A stretch of 28,548 bases of DNA. Origin: Selaginella moellendorffii. Its lineage: Eukaryota; Plantae; Lycopodiophyta. The notes under the pieces were generated by a model. It was not told the origin of the DNA, did no database searches, and saw only the letters and a list, made by a program, of their open reading frames with translations. The position numbers and the translations under genes were made by a program. The stretch lies in assembly GCF_000143415.4 (NCBI RefSeq), contig NW_003314302.1:1301449-1329996 (forward strand), given 5' to 3'. Shown here piece after piece: positions 23,921-28,548 of the stretch (position 1 is its first letter; the number at the start of each line of letters is the position of its first letter).

Positions 23921-23985
23921 GAGAGGTGTGAGCCGTTCGATACACCCACTTCCCGGCCCCGCGCGGCCGTCCGATCGGCGTGACA

Positions 23986-24850
23986 ATGGCGATCAAGCTT
24001 GCGACGCTATTGCTCGTCTCGCTCCTCTCGATCGCTCAAACTGGCGCTCATCGAGGTAGAAAAATTCTCGCGGAAAATCCATCTAGGAATTTCTCCCGGT
24101 CGATCAAGCGATTGATCGTGAAGCTTCTTTTCTTTTTCGATTCTTTGGCGTAGCCCATCTAGGTGCTCCAGTTTCGAGCGTCACCGACAAAGGACCTCGA
24201 GATATCGGGCAATGCTCGTGTCGCAAATCGTGCAATCCCAACAACGATATTTGCTACAGTCGATCAATCTGCTGGGCGTGCTACGTGAATGGAACCACAG
24301 GTTGTATAAATCATCTTTGATCGCATTTCTCGAAGATCAGTCCTCGAAGATCACAAGAATTTGTTGCCAGACAATCCTGGTGGGAGCTTGGCTCCATCTG
24401 CCGGCGACGCTGGATTCATCTTCTTGCATCAACTCGCGTCCAGCAAATGCAGTTGCAAGAAAGCCTGCAATCCAGGAAATCGGCTTTGCTACAACGCCGA
24501 GGCGTGCTCTGATTGTTCACAAGGTGGTGGAAGATCTGCGGAGACTCTTCCAATTTCTCTGGATTTCCTTGATGGATTTTTTCTGATTGGTTTTTGTTTT
24601 CTCTTGTTTTAATTTTTTTTTATTGTTTTTAAAAGGTATTGCTCCATCGGTTAATCCACGGAGGAAATGCAATTGTCGAAAATCTTGCGACCCGGATCAT
24701 TCTAATGCGTGCTTTGACGAAAATTCTTGCTACACTTGCGTCACAGGTAAGATTAATCATAATATTAATTCGCTTATATCGCTCTTTTCTTGATTTTTCT
24801 TTACGTATTTTCTTGTAGGGAATACAGCACTACCCCCAAATTCCGGATGA
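23986..24850 (+). CDS. Secreted cysteine-rich protein (~170 aa) with three 6-Cys modules; exons 23986-24055, 24154-24300, 24371-24523, 24636-24746, 24819-24850
   Basis: Signal-peptide-like MAIKLATLLLVSLLSIAQTGA. Four GT-AG phase-1 introns give an open 513-nt CDS with modules CSCRKSCNPNNDICYSRSICWAC, CSCKKACNPGNRLCYNAEACSDC and CNCRKSCDPDHSNACFDENSCYTC. Confidence 0.85.
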
Positions 24851-25139
24851 AATTTCTCACAATGTAAAAGCCCATTAAATCAAATCTGACGGCCGACAAA
24901 GCAGACTCTCGGCGATCATGCCACGTGTCGGTTTGCGTTGTTTCATTTGGCAATGGCAGCAGGACTGTAGAGTCAGTGGTTAGGGTTTTTGGCACGCGAG
25001 GGCGCCCGTGCCTGTCGCGGTCGTGGAGCTCCTAGGAGCTGTAGATCTTGACGCATTTCTCTCGATCGATCTCTCGATCTGTCCATCTCCAGCTCCCGCG
25101 GCGTATGCAACTGCGAGCGCCGACCGACGGCGGTGAGCG

Positions 25140-27226
<2,087 letters not shown>

Positions 27227-28076
27227 GAGTTTGTACTTTTTTATCTCTCCTCTATAGTTACTACTGATTTTGATTTTTAACACAAAGAACAATAAAGATT
27301 CTGTAGTATATTCTTTTGGCGGGAACATTGGGTATATCCTTCTGGCATCTATTTTGAAAAGCCCTAATGCGGGGTTAAGCCCTTTCTCTCGCCTGCGTGT
27401 TCTTCGCGAGAGGGCGATGGATCGATCGATTCGATTCCGCTTCTCTCTACGCGTTCTTTGTTCCAGATCTTTGGATTTTCAACGACAGCGGCCCCGGATT
27501 TAAGCCTGAGGTACGAGAAATCTTTAAAGCTTCTCCTGTTCCAGTCATGTCTGTGCACAGTTTCTTTTTCTCTATTCTTCCTCCTTGCTGGAGAGCCACG
27601 ACGCGACGACGCAAGTTGATCGCGAGGAAGAAAGCAAAATTTCGGTCGTGAGTGAGTGAAAGGTAGGAATGGCAGGAAGAACAAAAAAAACTCGTTTGGT
27701 TCTTTCTTTTAGTGCTTGCACGTTGACTTTCCCTGAGCAAGTGATTGCTAGAGTTAAAAACGTTGGTGAGAGTTATACACGGTTTAGGAGTGTCCCTGTT
27801 ATCGCCGTGGGAGTTATACTATAGATTGTTTAAATCTTTGCAAGCTCATGGCTCTTTCCTTGATCTTTTTCTTTGATTGCTTTCTTTGCATTCGTGGGCG
27901 GTACTTACGATGGAGTTGGTCTTGTTTTCTTCTTCCAGGTGGATCCGTTTCCTCGGAATGGTTACTATTCACTGGAGCTTGCTGGAGAAAAGGGAAAAAC
28001 GAAGATCCTTGAGAGGTCAGTGACACACTCACTCACAGGTGGTGGTGGTGGCTGCGATCGAGGCTGCGAGAGAGAG

Positions 28077-28548
28077 ATGGGAAACCAGTTGACTTGTATG
28101 GCCAACAACAAGAGCGTCACGGACTCCCAGATCAAATCGACCAGATCCTCCTCCAGCAAAAAGGCCAAGAGCAAGGCCAGATTGGAGGAGGAATTGCTCC
28201 AGCAGCAGCAGGCCCTGGCGCTGGCCCTCTTCCACCAGCAGCAGAAAGTCGGGCGAGCAATGTCCCAGCGCTACAACGATACTGCCGCTGCTGCTGCTCT
28301 CCACCGAAAGGGAGGCTTTGCCAGAAGCTCCAGCGCCAGGCCTCGCTCGCTGGCCGATCCGGAGCTCCCACCACACCAATTTCTCGAGGTAAACAGTTCA
28401 TCTTCCTTGGTTTCCTGACTTCCAGCCTCTTGTCTTTCGGTGTGTTGTTTTACAGCGTCCGGATCCCTCGTCCATTGAGACCACGCACTTTGTTCTCGTC
28501 CACGGTGGCGGCTATGGTGCCTGGTGCTGGTACAAGTCCATCGCGCTG
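28077..28548 (+). CDS. Methylesterase (MES11/13/15-type alpha/beta hydrolase with N-terminal extension), 5' partial
   Basis: MGNQLTCM start (myristoylation-like), RSSSARPRSLADP, intron 28389-28456, then HFVLVHGGGYGAWCWYKSIAL. Runs off the window. Confidence 0.88.

Noticed and set aside
27873-28076. Upstream extension of the 181-aa ORF
   Set aside because: It starts at a non-ATG codon in T-rich intron/5' UTR sequence. The MGN.. start at 28077 matches the MES subfamily.

Overview
Eukaryotic, land-plant DNA. The tiny introns and dense genes suggest a Selaginella-type lycophyte (inference). The window has two halves. Bases 1 to ~21,600 are an AT-rich, CpG-eroded nest of decayed transposons. One Helitron Rep/Pif1-helicase gene is interrupted by (i) three nested solo-LTR-like elements carrying hexamer arrays, (ii) a hAT element and (iii) a 12-kb Mutator-like (MULE) element. 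The MULE holds a Gypsy retroelement, which holds a 288-bp MITE. Target-site duplications (TSDs) are readable for all seven insertions. Besides its DDE/SWIM transposase, the MULE carries a divergently oriented, intron-containing decayed gene resembling a ParB-domain + beta-class N6A/N4C DNA-methyltransferase fusion, next to an array of ~84-bp palindromic units. This is the top candidate for an undescribed system. Bases ~21,700-28,548 are a CpG-rich island of four + strand genes: GPC1/GPCAT, an orphan secreted protein with three exon-encoded 6-Cys modules, an AGD5/NEVERSHED-like ArfGAP and the 5' part of a MES-type methylesterase. All calls come from manual reading; no database search was run.
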